From an uncultured Eubacteriales bacterium (lineage in GTDB: Bacteria; Bacillota; Clostridia; Christensenellales; CAG-138): a DNA stretch of 64,000 nt. Positions 1-10,507 of the stretch are shown piece after piece. The notes below the pieces were generated by a model that saw nothing but the letters and a program-made list of their open reading frames with translations, made no database searches and was not told the origin of the DNA. Positions within the stretch are counted from its first letter, which is position 1, and each line of letters starts with the position of its first letter. The DNA lies in the NCBI GenBank assembly GCA_902787375.1, contig CADAGD010000004.1, positions 28,018-92,017 on the forward strand, written 5' to 3'. The translations under genes and the position numbers were made by a program.

Positions 1-3
1 CGC

Positions 4-432
4 ATGGAAGAGAACAGATGTACTCTATTTTCATTCATGAGCGGAAATGTATTTGCCGCCATACTGCATTTTATCTGCGCGCTTTCGGGTTGGTGCGCCT
101 TTGTGTTCCCGATACTCTGCGTGATACTGTTCCTTATAGAAAAGGAGCCTCATGCCCGCATAGCCTGCATACATACGGGCGTAGTGTGCATAGTGCTTGA
201 TGTGCTGGCGTTTGTGCCGGTCGTGCTTTGGCTCATAATAAGGGCGATAACCGGTGCGTCGGGTGTTTTCTTCGTGTTCTGCACGGTTATGTTCGCGGCG
301 ATAATTCTTATACTGTGGTTTGTACTGCTGATCGTAGAGGTCGCATGCGCGGTCAAATCACTCAAGAACGAGCCAGTAGAGGTTCCGTTTATAACAAACT
401 GGGTGCTTAAAGTCGCGGAAAAGGTAGCCTGA
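4..432 (+). CDS. small multi-pass membrane protein, function unknown
   Basis: 142-aa ORF consisting almost entirely of 4 hydrophobic stretches. The ATG lies at the window edge, so the true start is uncertain. Confidence 0.5.
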   Translation: MEENRCTLFSFMSGNVFAAILHFICALSGWCAFVFPILCVILFLIEKEPHARIACIHTGVVCIVLDVLAFVPVVLWLIIRAITGASGVFFVFCTVMFAAIILILWFVLLIVEVACAVKSLKNEPVEVPFITNWVLKVAEKVA

Positions 433-583
433 ATTTAATAAAATGAGCTTCAGCGGAGGGGCGTCGGTTACACCTTCTCCGCTATGATGATATATGTTTA
501 CTTTTAATCATAATTTTCTTGCATGTTGATAGAGATTATGATAGAATACCTTAATAATTGTATAGCTGTTTGGGGGATGCACC

Positions 584-2818
584 TTGGCTCAGGATAAAGA
601 AACAAAGAAAAGGCGGACGGGCCTTGTAATAACGCTAATTGTTAATATACTCATTGTTGTATATATAGCCATGACGGAGTTCGGCAATAGTGAGGTTGAG
701 AATGTGAAAGCGTCGGATATAAATATACTATATCTGGCTTTCGGCGTACTCTGTTTTGGAATAGCGGTATTGGCGGATTATCTCAAATACCGTCGTATGC
801 TCATGCTGACTGAGGGAAGATTTGACCGCAAGGGAGCCCTGGAGTGCGCACTGCTCGGTAAATACTATGATAATGTCACACCGTTTGGGGCGGGAGGACA
901 GCCCTTCCAGATACACTATCTGAAAAAGCGCGGCTATTCTTCGGGAACAAGCGCGGCGGCTCCCGCGATGGGCTTTTTAACACAGCAGATAGCATTTGTA
1001 ATAGCCGGAGCTGTTGTATTCATATCCAACAGGAGCGTTATGCAGTTTGTTCCTCTGCTTAACATAACGGCGTATGTGGGACTGCTGCTCTATACTCTGC
1101 TTCCGATAGCCATAATCATGTTCGCGTTTATCCCAAGGCCTTTTAAGGCGATGGTAAGGGGCATAGTCAAGATTGGCGGATGGCTCCATCTCATAAAGGA
1201 TGTTGACGCCACCTGTGAAAAATGGCTTGCGGGCATCGACGAATACATACAGTGCATAAGGCTTTTTGCAAGTCATCCCATGGTATTTATAAAGCTGATA
1301 CTTTTCTCGCTTATGTATCAGGTTGCCATACTGTCAATACCGTTCTTCATGCTCAGGGCATTCGGCGGAGCAAGCGATTGGTGGACGGTATTTTCGCTTG
1401 TCGTGTACATATACGCCGCGATAACGGTCGTTCCCACACCGGGCAATGCGGGCGCGGCGGAGGGCTCCTTCTATGCGGTTTTCTCGTCACTCAATGGCGG
1501 TATGCTGTTCTGGGCGATGATAGCTTGGCGCATACTGGTCTATTACTCATGGCTTGTATGCGGCATTGTACTCATCGCGAGGAGTACGGTTGAGCCAAAG
1601 GCAAGGCTGAAAACCCCTCCCAAGAATGGAAGTTTGAGTGTAGGTCTGTTTACGGATATATTCTATCCTGCAGTCGATGGCGTTATTCGCACGGTTGACG
1701 CGTATGCGAGGCATATAAACGGGTCAGGCAATGAGGCATTCGTCGTATGTCCCAAGCAGAGTAAACATGACGATGACAGCAAGATTTCCTATGAGGTTTA
1801 CAGGACAGGCTCATTCAGGATACCGGGATTCTTTGCGATACCGTTTGACCTTTCCTCGAAGAAGCTTAAGGAAAGATTTGCGACGAACCCTCCCGATGTG
1901 ATACATGCTCACTCCCCGTTCTCGGTTGGCAAAATGGCTCTGAGACTGGGAAGGAAGTACCACATACCGGTTGTGGCTACGTTCCATAGTAAGTATTATG
2001 ATGACGCTTATAATGTCACTCACAGCAAGCTTGCCGCAAAGATTATGGTGGACTCCGTCGTGAACTTCTACACAAAGGCGGATTATGTATGGGCTTGCAG
2101 CAGGGCTACGGCGGAAACGCTGAGAAGCTATGGCTATAACGGTGAGATATACGTTATGGAAAACGGTATCGAAATGGCGGAAATACCCCAAAACATAGAC
2201 GAACTCAAGGAGGAGGCCGCCCGCGAGTTTTCAATACCGAAAAACAGAAAGGTGCTTCTCTTTGTCGGTCAGATGATATGGCAAAAGAACCTGAAGCTGA
2301 TACTTGACACATTAAAGCTGCTGGTCGAGAAGGACGATTCATACTATCTGCTGCTTGCCGGAGCGGGCTACAACGAACATGCCATAAAGGAGTATGCCGC
2401 CGAGATAGGCTTAGTGGAGCATACGCACTTCCTCGGAAAGATAGTCAAGCGCGACCTGCTGTTCGGCGTGTACGCGAACGCGGATATACTGTTCTTCCCG
2501 TCGCTGTATGATAACGCTCCTCTCGTACTGCGCGAGGCGGCGGCGGTGGGCGTCCCGTCCCTGCTGTCAAGGGGTTCGAACTCAGCCGAAATCGTGGAAG
2601 ACGGAGTGAACGGCTATACCGCCGAGCATGATCCGGAGAGCATGGCGGCAAGGATAGAAAAAGCCTATGCCGATAACAGCATACTGCCCGTCGGTGAAAG
2701 GGCGAAAGCCACGATACCCGTCGATTGGCAGGTCATAATCGAAAGAGCTGTAACGGCATATCGCTCCGGCTCAAGGGAAGGGCATAGGGATATGCTCAAG
2801 AACATATTCAACGATTGA
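584..2818 (+). CDS. fusion protein: N-terminal flippase-like / lysyl-PG-synthase-type TM region (UPF0104-like) plus C-terminal GT4 glycosyltransferase
   Basis: About 340 aa of multi-TM sequence (GAGGQPFQIHYL, TPGNAGAAEG), then a GT4-like catalytic part (HAHSPFSVG...FHSKYYDD, FFPSLYDNAPLVLREAAAVGVPSL). TTG start with GGGGGA upstream. Confidence 0.8.
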   Translation: MAQDKETKKRRTGLVITLIVNILIVVYIAMTEFGNSEVENVKASDINILYLAFGVLCFGIAVLADYLKYRRMLMLTEGRFDRKGALECALLGKYYDNVTPFGAGGQPFQIHYLKKRGYSSGTSAAAPAMGFLTQQIAFVIAGAVVFISNRSVMQFVPLLNITAYVGLLLYTLLPIAIIMFAFIPRPFKAMVRGIVKIGGWLHLIKDVDATCEKWLAGIDEYIQCIRLFASHPMVFIKLILFSLMYQVAILSIPFFMLRAFGGASDWWTVFSLVVYIYAAITVVPTPGNAGAAEGSFYAVFSSLNGGMLFWAMIAWRILVYYSWLVCGIVLIARSTVEPKARLKTPPKNGSLSVGLFTDIFYPAVDGVIRTVDAYARHINGSGNEAFVVCPKQSKHDDDSKISYEVYRTGSFRIPGFFAIPFDLSSKKLKERFATNPPDVIHAHSPFSVGKMALRLGRKYHIPVVATFHSKYYDDAYNVTHSKLAAKIMVDSVVNFYTKADYVWACSRATAETLRSYGYNGEIYVMENGIEMAEIPQNIDELKEEAAREFSIPKNRKVLLFVGQMIWQKNLKLILDTLKLLVEKDDSYYLLLAGAGYNEHAIKEYAAEIGLVEHTHFLGKIVKRDLLFGVYANADILFFPSLYDNAPLVLREAAAVGVPSLLSRGSNSAEIVEDGVNGYTAEHDPESMAARIEKAYADNSILPVGERAKATIPVDWQVIIERAVTAYRSGSREGHRDMLKNIFND

Positions 2819-2876
2819 TACTTCCGATGTGCATTTCGGAATATTGATAAGAACACAAGAACATTCGGAGAAAAAT

Positions 2877-3749
2877 ATGAAGAAAGCATTGATTCTCATA
2901 CTCTCTGCGCTCGTGGTTGCTGCGGCAGCGGGCTGTAATGATCCCAAGGAGAGTACCAATACCGATCCCACGCAGCAGGCGGCGGAAACGGAGCAGCAAA
3001 CGCAGGCAACTGCGGATACAGCTAATACCAATACCGATAAGCATGATTATTCCGTATTGCGTACCTTCTTTGAGCAGAAGGATGAGGAAGGAATCACAAA
3101 CGGCAAAAAGTGCTTTCCCAACTACGATCCGGAAGATACCTCAACTTGGTATGACGGCAGCGACGGCTATGACAATTATGTGCGCTTTGATGCTGACGGC
3201 AATGTGACGCAGCTCAATCTCAAGCAGCCGGATGGCACAACGGCAGAGCTTGTCGGAAAGCTTGACCTGTCCGGGCTTGCTTCACTTGCGACAGTTGATA
3301 CATGGAATGTCATATTTGACGAAGTAAACGCGACGGAGCTTCCCATAGCGGCAAAGCAGAACAATGCCGTGATGCGTTTCCCCATGGTGCAGGGAGAAGC
3401 AAAGCTCTCCGGCGGGTTTGTCGAAAGGGTCTATATGCTTTCCGCATCCCACACTCTGTGTGATATAACGGGTGAAGCGGAAACGGAGCTGTCGGAGCTG
3501 CCTTCCTTCAAGCTTGATGTCAATGTTGATGGAGAGGGATATGCCGGTGTTTCTGCTTGGAGCGGCGGGAGCTGCTATGAGGTACACGCGGTGGCGCAGC
3601 CCATCGAGGGAAAGAGCTTTGTCGGTTGGTTCGATGCGCAGGGAAATCTCGTTTCCGAGGACGCCGATTATGAGCTTTTCGGTCAGAACAGCGGCAATAA
3701 TGCGGACGGCGCACATGCAAGCTTCGCTCTTACAGCAAGGTTTGAATAA
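2877..3749 (+). CDS. putative lipoprotein with C-terminal InlB-B-repeat-like segment
   Basis: GGAG RBS plus ATG at 2877. Signal peptide and lipobox (LVVAAAAG|C). C-terminal FVGWFDAQGNLV motif. The start is trimmed relative to the track ORF. Confidence 0.75.
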   Translation: MKKALILILSALVVAAAAGCNDPKESTNTDPTQQAAETEQQTQATADTANTNTDKHDYSVLRTFFEQKDEEGITNGKKCFPNYDPEDTSTWYDGSDGYDNYVRFDADGNVTQLNLKQPDGTTAELVGKLDLSGLASLATVDTWNVIFDEVNATELPIAAKQNNAVMRFPMVQGEAKLSGGFVERVYMLSASHTLCDITGEAETELSELPSFKLDVNVDGEGYAGVSAWSGGSCYEVHAVAQPIEGKSFVGWFDAQGNLVSEDADYELFGQNSGNNADGAHASFALTARFE

Positions 3750-3946
3750 AAAGCCTTGAATGTATTAAAGTATAGGTGATGATTGATAATCGAAACATCA
3801 AGCCGGGAGGGATGCCTCTCGGCTTTTTCTGAGTCGGTATATTGTAAAGAGCAATCCAAATGCGTTTGACTTTGGAATTGCTGTGTGATAAAATACATTG
3901 CGGATTTTTTCCGTTATGGATTTGAAAGGAGTTTTACCGTACTATA

Positions 3947-4906
3947 ATGAAGAAAGCACTTTGTACTGTCATAGCCGCCGCGCTTCTTGCAGGAGCTGTC
4001 GGATGCACGAATGACAATGAAATAATAGATATTGATTCCGAGCCTGTTCAGACTCAGACCGCTTTGACGACGGATGCGCCCGTGAGCGAAAGCCCGGAGC
4101 CTGTTTCCGCCGAGCCTACCGAGGTTGCGGAGATTACCGACGCGCCCGTGCCTACCGAGAGCCAGACAGCCGCGATCGTCACGCCCGCTCCTACGGCTGA
4201 GTCACAGCTTCCCGAAGGTCAGGTTCTGCGGCTCAATACCATGTCAACCGATTTGCAGGGGCTTTCCGAGGCGGAGGCGGAGGAATGGTTCTCCGACGCG
4301 GTATTCGTGGGCGACTCCATAATGCTCGGCTGGAAGAACTACAATAACAATAAACTCAGCACCAATCCTAAATTCTTCGGACAGACACGCTTCCTCTGCG
4401 AGGGCAGTTACGGCACGGGTCATGCGCTGGAACCTGTCACAGCAAACAGCCTGCATCCGCTATATCAGGGGCAGCAGCACCTGATTTGGGATTCCATCCA
4501 GATGATGGGAGCCAAGAAGGTTTTCATCTGCTTCGGACTTAACGACGTCGCCATTTACGGCGTTGACGGCACGGCTGAGAATTTCGGCAAGCTCTGCAAA
4601 AACATAACCGATAAGACACCCGACGCGAAGATTTACATAATCAGCGCGATGTACCTCATCGACGATTCCAACATGAAGGCGTTGACAAATGTCAATCTGC
4701 GTGCGCTCAACCAAAAGCTGCGTGATCTGTGCAATGAGAGGGGCTATGGTTTCGTTGATATAGCAAGCCACCTCGTCGGCGCGGACGGCTATCTCAAGGC
4801 TGAGTATTGCAGCGATAACTATGTGCATCAGACGGCTGCCGCTTATGACATTTGGGCGCAGGTTCTGCGCGGAGTGGCGGCAACCGCGATTAAATCAGGT
4901 AACTAA
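3947..4906 (+). CDS. SGNH/GDSL-family hydrolase or acyltransferase lipoprotein
   Basis: Lipobox LLAGAVG|C and a Pro/Thr/Glu linker. Block I motif FVGDSIMLGW, GLND block, C-terminal DNYVH. Confidence 0.8.
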   Translation: MKKALCTVIAAALLAGAVGCTNDNEIIDIDSEPVQTQTALTTDAPVSESPEPVSAEPTEVAEITDAPVPTESQTAAIVTPAPTAESQLPEGQVLRLNTMSTDLQGLSEAEAEEWFSDAVFVGDSIMLGWKNYNNNKLSTNPKFFGQTRFLCEGSYGTGHALEPVTANSLHPLYQGQQHLIWDSIQMMGAKKVFICFGLNDVAIYGVDGTAENFGKLCKNITDKTPDAKIYIISAMYLIDDSNMKALTNVNLRALNQKLRDLCNERGYGFVDIASHLVGADGYLKAEYCSDNYVHQTAAAYDIWAQVLRGVAATAIKSGN

Positions 4907-4933
4907 TTTTTTAAATACGAAAGGAATATTACT

Positions 4934-5419
4934 ATGAAAAGAATTGTATCCGTATTCACACTTGTTATGATGGCTCTTGCACTCATGCTCACAGCCTGCA
5001 GCGGCTCCTCCGAGAAGGAGAAGCAGGTTACAAAGTCGGCGGCTGAGATTTACACCGCTGTCAGCGAAGCGGGCAAGCTTGAAGCTATGACGGCTGTTCC
5101 CTCCCGCGATTTCAGCGACGTATATGGCATCGACGCCGCAATGATAGAGGATTCCGCATGGTATATGTCCGAGAATCCCTCCCTCAATGCCGATGAGGTC
5201 GCCATTTTCAAGCTCAGCAGCGAGGAGTATGCAAAGACGCTTGCCACGCTGCTCAAGGACAGGATTGCCCGTCAGCTTCAGGTAGCCGAAATATACAGCC
5301 CAGAAGAGGCTGCTAAGATAAAGGCTGCTGAGGTCGTAACCGTCGGCAACTGGGTTTACTACTGCATAGGAACCGAGAATGCCGCCATGATGAATGTTCT
5401 CAGGGCTGAGATCGGCTGA
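4934..5419 (+). CDS. DUF4358-like lipoprotein
   Basis: Lipobox LMLTA|C. The size and the motif NADEVAIFKL resemble the DUF4358 proteins commonly next to MBOAT genes in Clostridia (recall-based). Confidence 0.65.
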   Translation: MKRIVSVFTLVMMALALMLTACSGSSEKEKQVTKSAAEIYTAVSEAGKLEAMTAVPSRDFSDVYGIDAAMIEDSAWYMSENPSLNADEVAIFKLSSEEYAKTLATLLKDRIARQLQVAEIYSPEEAAKIKAAEVVTVGNWVYYCIGTENAAMMNVLRAEIG

Positions 5420-6900
5420 TGACTTTTTCCAGCTTGCTGTTTCTTTCGGTATTCTTTGTTGCGGTACTGTTCTTCTATTACATAGTACCCAATAGACTTT
5501 ACCGCAACATAATACTGTGTATCACAAGTCTGTTCTTCTATGCTTGGGGCGAGCCGATATGCGTCATATTGATGATATTCTCAATACTGATGAACTATAC
5601 GGCAGGGCTTATCATGGGCAGATGCAGACGGAAGGGCAATGGCAGAGGAGCCAAGATCGCGCTCGTTGTGTCGGTGGTGTTGAATCTGCTCATGCTCGGT
5701 GTGTTCAAGTACACTCCGTTCGTGTTCGATACCGTAAAGGGGCTGATACCCTCCATGGCGAACATGCCCGCGCCCATTGCCAAGGATGTGCTTTATAAGA
5801 GCCTAAGCGGAATAATTCCTCAGCTCAAGAATGTCAACATAGGGGTTGAGGGGATGCTGCCGATAGGAATATCCTTCTACACGTTCCAGGCTATGAGCTA
5901 TGTTATAGACGTGTATCGCGGCGATACCGGGGTTCAGAAGAATCCCATGCTGTTCGGAACTTATGTCGCTCTGTTTCCACAGCTCATCGCCGGCCCCATT
6001 GTGCGTTACAAGGATATTGAGGATCAGCTCAAGGGAAGGCACGAGAGCGTAGCTCAGTTTGCTTCAGGTATAAAGCTTTTCATGGTGGGTCTTGCCAAGA
6101 AGATACTGATAGCGAATCAGGTCGCCCTGCTGTGGAATGGATTGAGAGCCGACGCCATGTCAAACGGCGTGCTTGGCTCATGGGTCGGCATAATTTCCTA
6201 CACGCTCCAGATTTACTTCGATTTCAGCGGTTATTCCGATATGGCGATAGGTCTTGGAAGAATGTTCGGATTCGAGTTCCTCAAGAATTTCGATTATCCG
6301 TATATCTCCCAAAGCGTAACGGAGTTTTGGCGCAGATGGCATATATCCCTCGGAACATGGTTCCGCGAGTATGTGTATATACCCCTCGGCGGAAACCGAA
6401 AGGGTATGCCGCGTCAGATATTCAATCTTGCCGTCGTATGGGCTCTCACGGGACTGTGGCACGGCGCAAGCTGGAACTTCGTACTGTGGGGAATCTGGCA
6501 TGGCTTCTTTGTAGTCATGGAGAAGCTTTTCCTCGGCAAGTGGCTCAAGAAATGGCCCAAGGCTCTGCGTCATGTATATGCCATGCTTGTCGCGGTACTC
6601 GGCTGGGCATTGTTCGATTTCACCGATCTGTCAAAGCTCTTTGAGTTTCTCGGATCGCTGTTCGACTTTTCGTCGGGAATTATATCCCACGACGCGCTTA
6701 CGCTCGTCATCTCGTTCCTGCCCCTGCTTGTTGTTGCGATAATCGCTTCAACCCCCCTCGGCGCAAACATCAGGCATAAGTTCGACGATAAACCTTGGGC
6801 TGAATGGCTCGATATAGTTTTCGTGCTTGTCGCGCTCCTGTTCTGTATCGCGTCGCTTGTCGCAAGCGGATATAATCCGTTTATTTACTTCAGATTCTGA
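5419..6900 (+). CDS. MBOAT family O-acyltransferase (AlgI/DltB/PatA-like)
   Basis: FYTFQAMSYVIDVYRG, FWRRWHISLGTWFREYVYIPLGGNR and the conserved His region. TGATG overlap with the upstream gene. Confidence 0.92.
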   Translation: MTFSSLLFLSVFFVAVLFFYYIVPNRLYRNIILCITSLFFYAWGEPICVILMIFSILMNYTAGLIMGRCRRKGNGRGAKIALVVSVVLNLLMLGVFKYTPFVFDTVKGLIPSMANMPAPIAKDVLYKSLSGIIPQLKNVNIGVEGMLPIGISFYTFQAMSYVIDVYRGDTGVQKNPMLFGTYVALFPQLIAGPIVRYKDIEDQLKGRHESVAQFASGIKLFMVGLAKKILIANQVALLWNGLRADAMSNGVLGSWVGIISYTLQIYFDFSGYSDMAIGLGRMFGFEFLKNFDYPYISQSVTEFWRRWHISLGTWFREYVYIPLGGNRKGMPRQIFNLAVVWALTGLWHGASWNFVLWGIWHGFFVVMEKLFLGKWLKKWPKALRHVYAMLVAVLGWALFDFTDLSKLFEFLGSLFDFSSGIISHDALTLVISFLPLLVVAIIASTPLGANIRHKFDDKPWAEWLDIVFVLVALLFCIASLVASGYNPFIYFRF

Positions 6901-7116
6901 TACCGCCTCCGACTTTATTGTATGGTTTGGATAACGGTATAATGGGTGCTTAAAAGACTGCCGTTCAACATGGATTGGCAGTCTTTTGTTATACGCTCGA
7001 TTGTTTTCCAAAGCCTTTGAGCAGCTTCCGCCAAGCTTTTCGGCTTATTGCGGGCGGATACCCCTGCGCGGCGAGTGCCATGTATGCTGCCTGTCTTGCC
7101 TGTTATTGCAGTGCTT

Positions 7117-8046
7117 TTATTGATGCTTTGTGCGCAGCGCGTTTTCAATCTGTTTTGAAGAAAACGTGCAAAGCTCCCTTCCGCCTGTCTTTACATTGCG
7201 CCGAACCTTATTGACGGCGGGATAGCCCCAACCGTTTAGAAATCCGCGTGGGCCGGAAATGCTCCCTGCGGGCGGCTCATTCGCAATTATATAGGGCAGG
7301 GAGAGCGCGGACTTTTCGGGGGAGTTGAAAAGCCCTCCGAGAACTGTCGCCAGATGCCCAACGACCTTTCCGAAAGCCTCGGTGCCGAGCGGAGTGATGG
7401 CAATGCCCGGATGACTCATCAGTATGTGGACATGGCTGTCCTTATTCCGCTGTGATATGTAATAGGTATACTTAGCAAGACAAAGCTTGGAGCGGGCGTA
7501 TACCGCAAAGCTGTTGTAGTGCTTGCGATAAAAGAAATCGCTGTAATCGACAGTTCCTATTTTGTGGATTATCGAGATGGTATTGATATAAATGACCTCA
7601 TGCGCCAAGCCTTCAAGATAGGGCAGCACCATTTCGGTAAGATAGTACGAGCCCAGATAGTTGGTTCCCATAACCAGCTCAAAGCCGTCCTTGGTAGTTT
7701 GTCCGGGCTTGCGGAATATTCCGGCGTTGTTCAGGAATATGTCCACATCGACATTGCCGCTTTTTAAATCCTCGACAAACGCGCCGATGGATGAGGTGTC
7801 GGAAATGTCAAGCGACATTATGTCAATGAGGGCTTTTGGATAATCGCGCAGCAGATTTGCTTTTGCGGCTTGGGCTTTTTTTATATTTCTGCAAGCCATT
7901 ATGACGTTTGCGCCAAGGTATGCCATAAGCTCCGATGCTTTGAAGCCTATGCCGCTGTTCGCGCCTGTTATAAGCACGGTTTTGCCGTTAAAGCTTACGT
8001 TACAGTTTTTTTCAAGCCATTTCTTTGTCTTCTTGTTGAGTGACAT
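7117..8046 (-). CDS. short-chain dehydrogenase/reductase (SDR) family oxidoreductase
   Basis: TGANSGIG cofactor motif, NNAG, and Y-x3-K (YARSK). Confidence 0.9.
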   Translation of the reverse strand: MSLNKKTKKWLEKNCNVSFNGKTVLITGANSGIGFKASELMAYLGANVIMACRNIKKAQAAKANLLRDYPKALIDIMSLDISDTSSIGAFVEDLKSGNVDVDIFLNNAGIFRKPGQTTKDGFELVMGTNYLGSYYLTEMVLPYLEGLAHEVIYINTISIIHKIGTVDYSDFFYRKHYNSFAVYARSKLCLAKYTYYISQRNKDSHVHILMSHPGIAITPLGTEAFGKVVGHLATVLGGLFNSPEKSALSLPYIIANEPPAGSISGPRGFLNGWGYPAVNKVRRNVKTGGRELCTFSSKQIENALRTKHQ

Positions 8047-8074
8047 TTTTCCTCAGATTGCCTCCGCCTCAATG

Positions 8075-8107
8075 AAACCGACCGCCGGAAATGCCGACGG
8101 TCGGTTT
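8075..8107 (-). terminator. stem-loop downstream of groEL
   Basis: AAACCGACCG ... CGGTCGGTTT inverted repeat directly after the groEL stop. The T-run is weak. Confidence 0.5.
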
Positions 8108-8128
8108 AATATCATGGATTATTGCTTA

Positions 8129-9778
<1,650 letters not shown>

Positions 9779-10066
9779 TTAGTCCTCGACAACAGCGAGA
9801 ATATCATTCTGACGGACGATGATGTACTCAACGCCATCCACCTTAACTTCGGTTCCTGCGTACTTGGAATAGAATACCCTGTCGCCGGGAGCTACGTTCA
9901 TTGTAACTTCCTTGCCATCGACCACACCGCCGGGACCTACGGCGATGACCTCAGCCATCTGGGGCTTTTCCTTGGCGTTGCCGGCGAGTATGAATCCGCT
10001 TGCGGTCGTCTCCTCGGCTTCCAGAGATTTGATAACCACTCTGTCAGAAAGAGGTCTGAGTTTCAT
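9779..10066 (-). CDS. groS: co-chaperonin GroES
   Basis: 95 aa, [13 protein letters not shown]...; located immediately upstream of groEL. Confidence 0.98.
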   Translation of the reverse strand: MKLRPLSDRVVIKSLEAEETTASGFILAGNAKEKPQMAEVIAVGPGGVVDGKEVTMNVAPGDRVFYSKYAGTEVKVDGVEYIIVRQNDILAVVED

Positions 10067-10169
10067 TGTGCTTTTCCTCCTATAGTAAATTGTTTTTAAA
10101 CATAATTAATTCGGAAGGAGTCGGAATAAGCGCACCGACTGATGCACAGCCGTATCCGAAACCGTCCTG

Positions 10170-10196
10170 TTAGCACTCATTTTACTTGAGTGCTAA
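10170..10196. promoter_or_regulatory. CIRCE operator (HrcA binding site)
   Basis: Perfect TTAGCACTC-N9-GAGTGCTAA in the groES 5' leader. Confidence 0.92.
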
Positions 10197-10204
10197 CGAA
10201 GCTA

Positions 10205-10233
10205 ATTATATGCGCAAATATCCTTCCTGTCAA
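10205..10233 (-). promoter_or_regulatory. sigma-A type promoter of groESL
   Basis: On the minus strand, TTGACA-N17-TATAAT just upstream of CIRCE. Confidence 0.65.
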
Positions 10234-10284
10234 CACTTGTGAGCGCAAAGTGAATAATATATTTAAGTTTTTTGTTTAACCCCT

Positions 10285-10312
10285 TGCAAAAGTTGGAAAA
10301 ATGTTGTATAGT
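10285..10312 (+). promoter_or_regulatory. candidate promoter for the leader peptide / ABC operon
   Basis: TTGCAA-N16-TATAGT. Confidence 0.45.
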
Positions 10313-10345
10313 CAATAAGAAAAAAAACGAAAGGAGGTTGCGCAG

Positions 10346-10426
10346 ATGCGTTATTTGAATAGTGTAAAGGTTATGAATATCATTCCCGAAGTAGCGGTGC
10401 GCAGCCTGACCGTCGTAACGGATTAA
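10346..10426 (+). CDS. candidate 26-codon leader peptide (MRYLNSVKVMNIIPEVAVRSLTVVTD)
   Basis: AGGAGG 8 nt upstream of the ATG. It sits between a promoter and an intrinsic terminator, ahead of the ABC genes. Not in the ORF track because it is under 60 aa. Confidence 0.45.
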   Translation: MRYLNSVKVMNIIPEVAVRSLTVVTD

Positions 10427-10449
10427 TACTGTTAGGTTATGCGTATTGG

Positions 10450-10486
10450 TACCGCGGGTCTGCATCACCTGCGGTATTTTTATTTT
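10450..10486 (+). terminator. intrinsic terminator / attenuator in the ABC operon leader
   Basis: TACCGCGGGT...ACCTGCGGTA stem followed by TTTTTATTTT, 20 nt before the RBS of the ABC gene. Confidence 0.6.
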
Positions 10487-10507
10487 GGACAATATAAAGG
10501 AGGTTTT

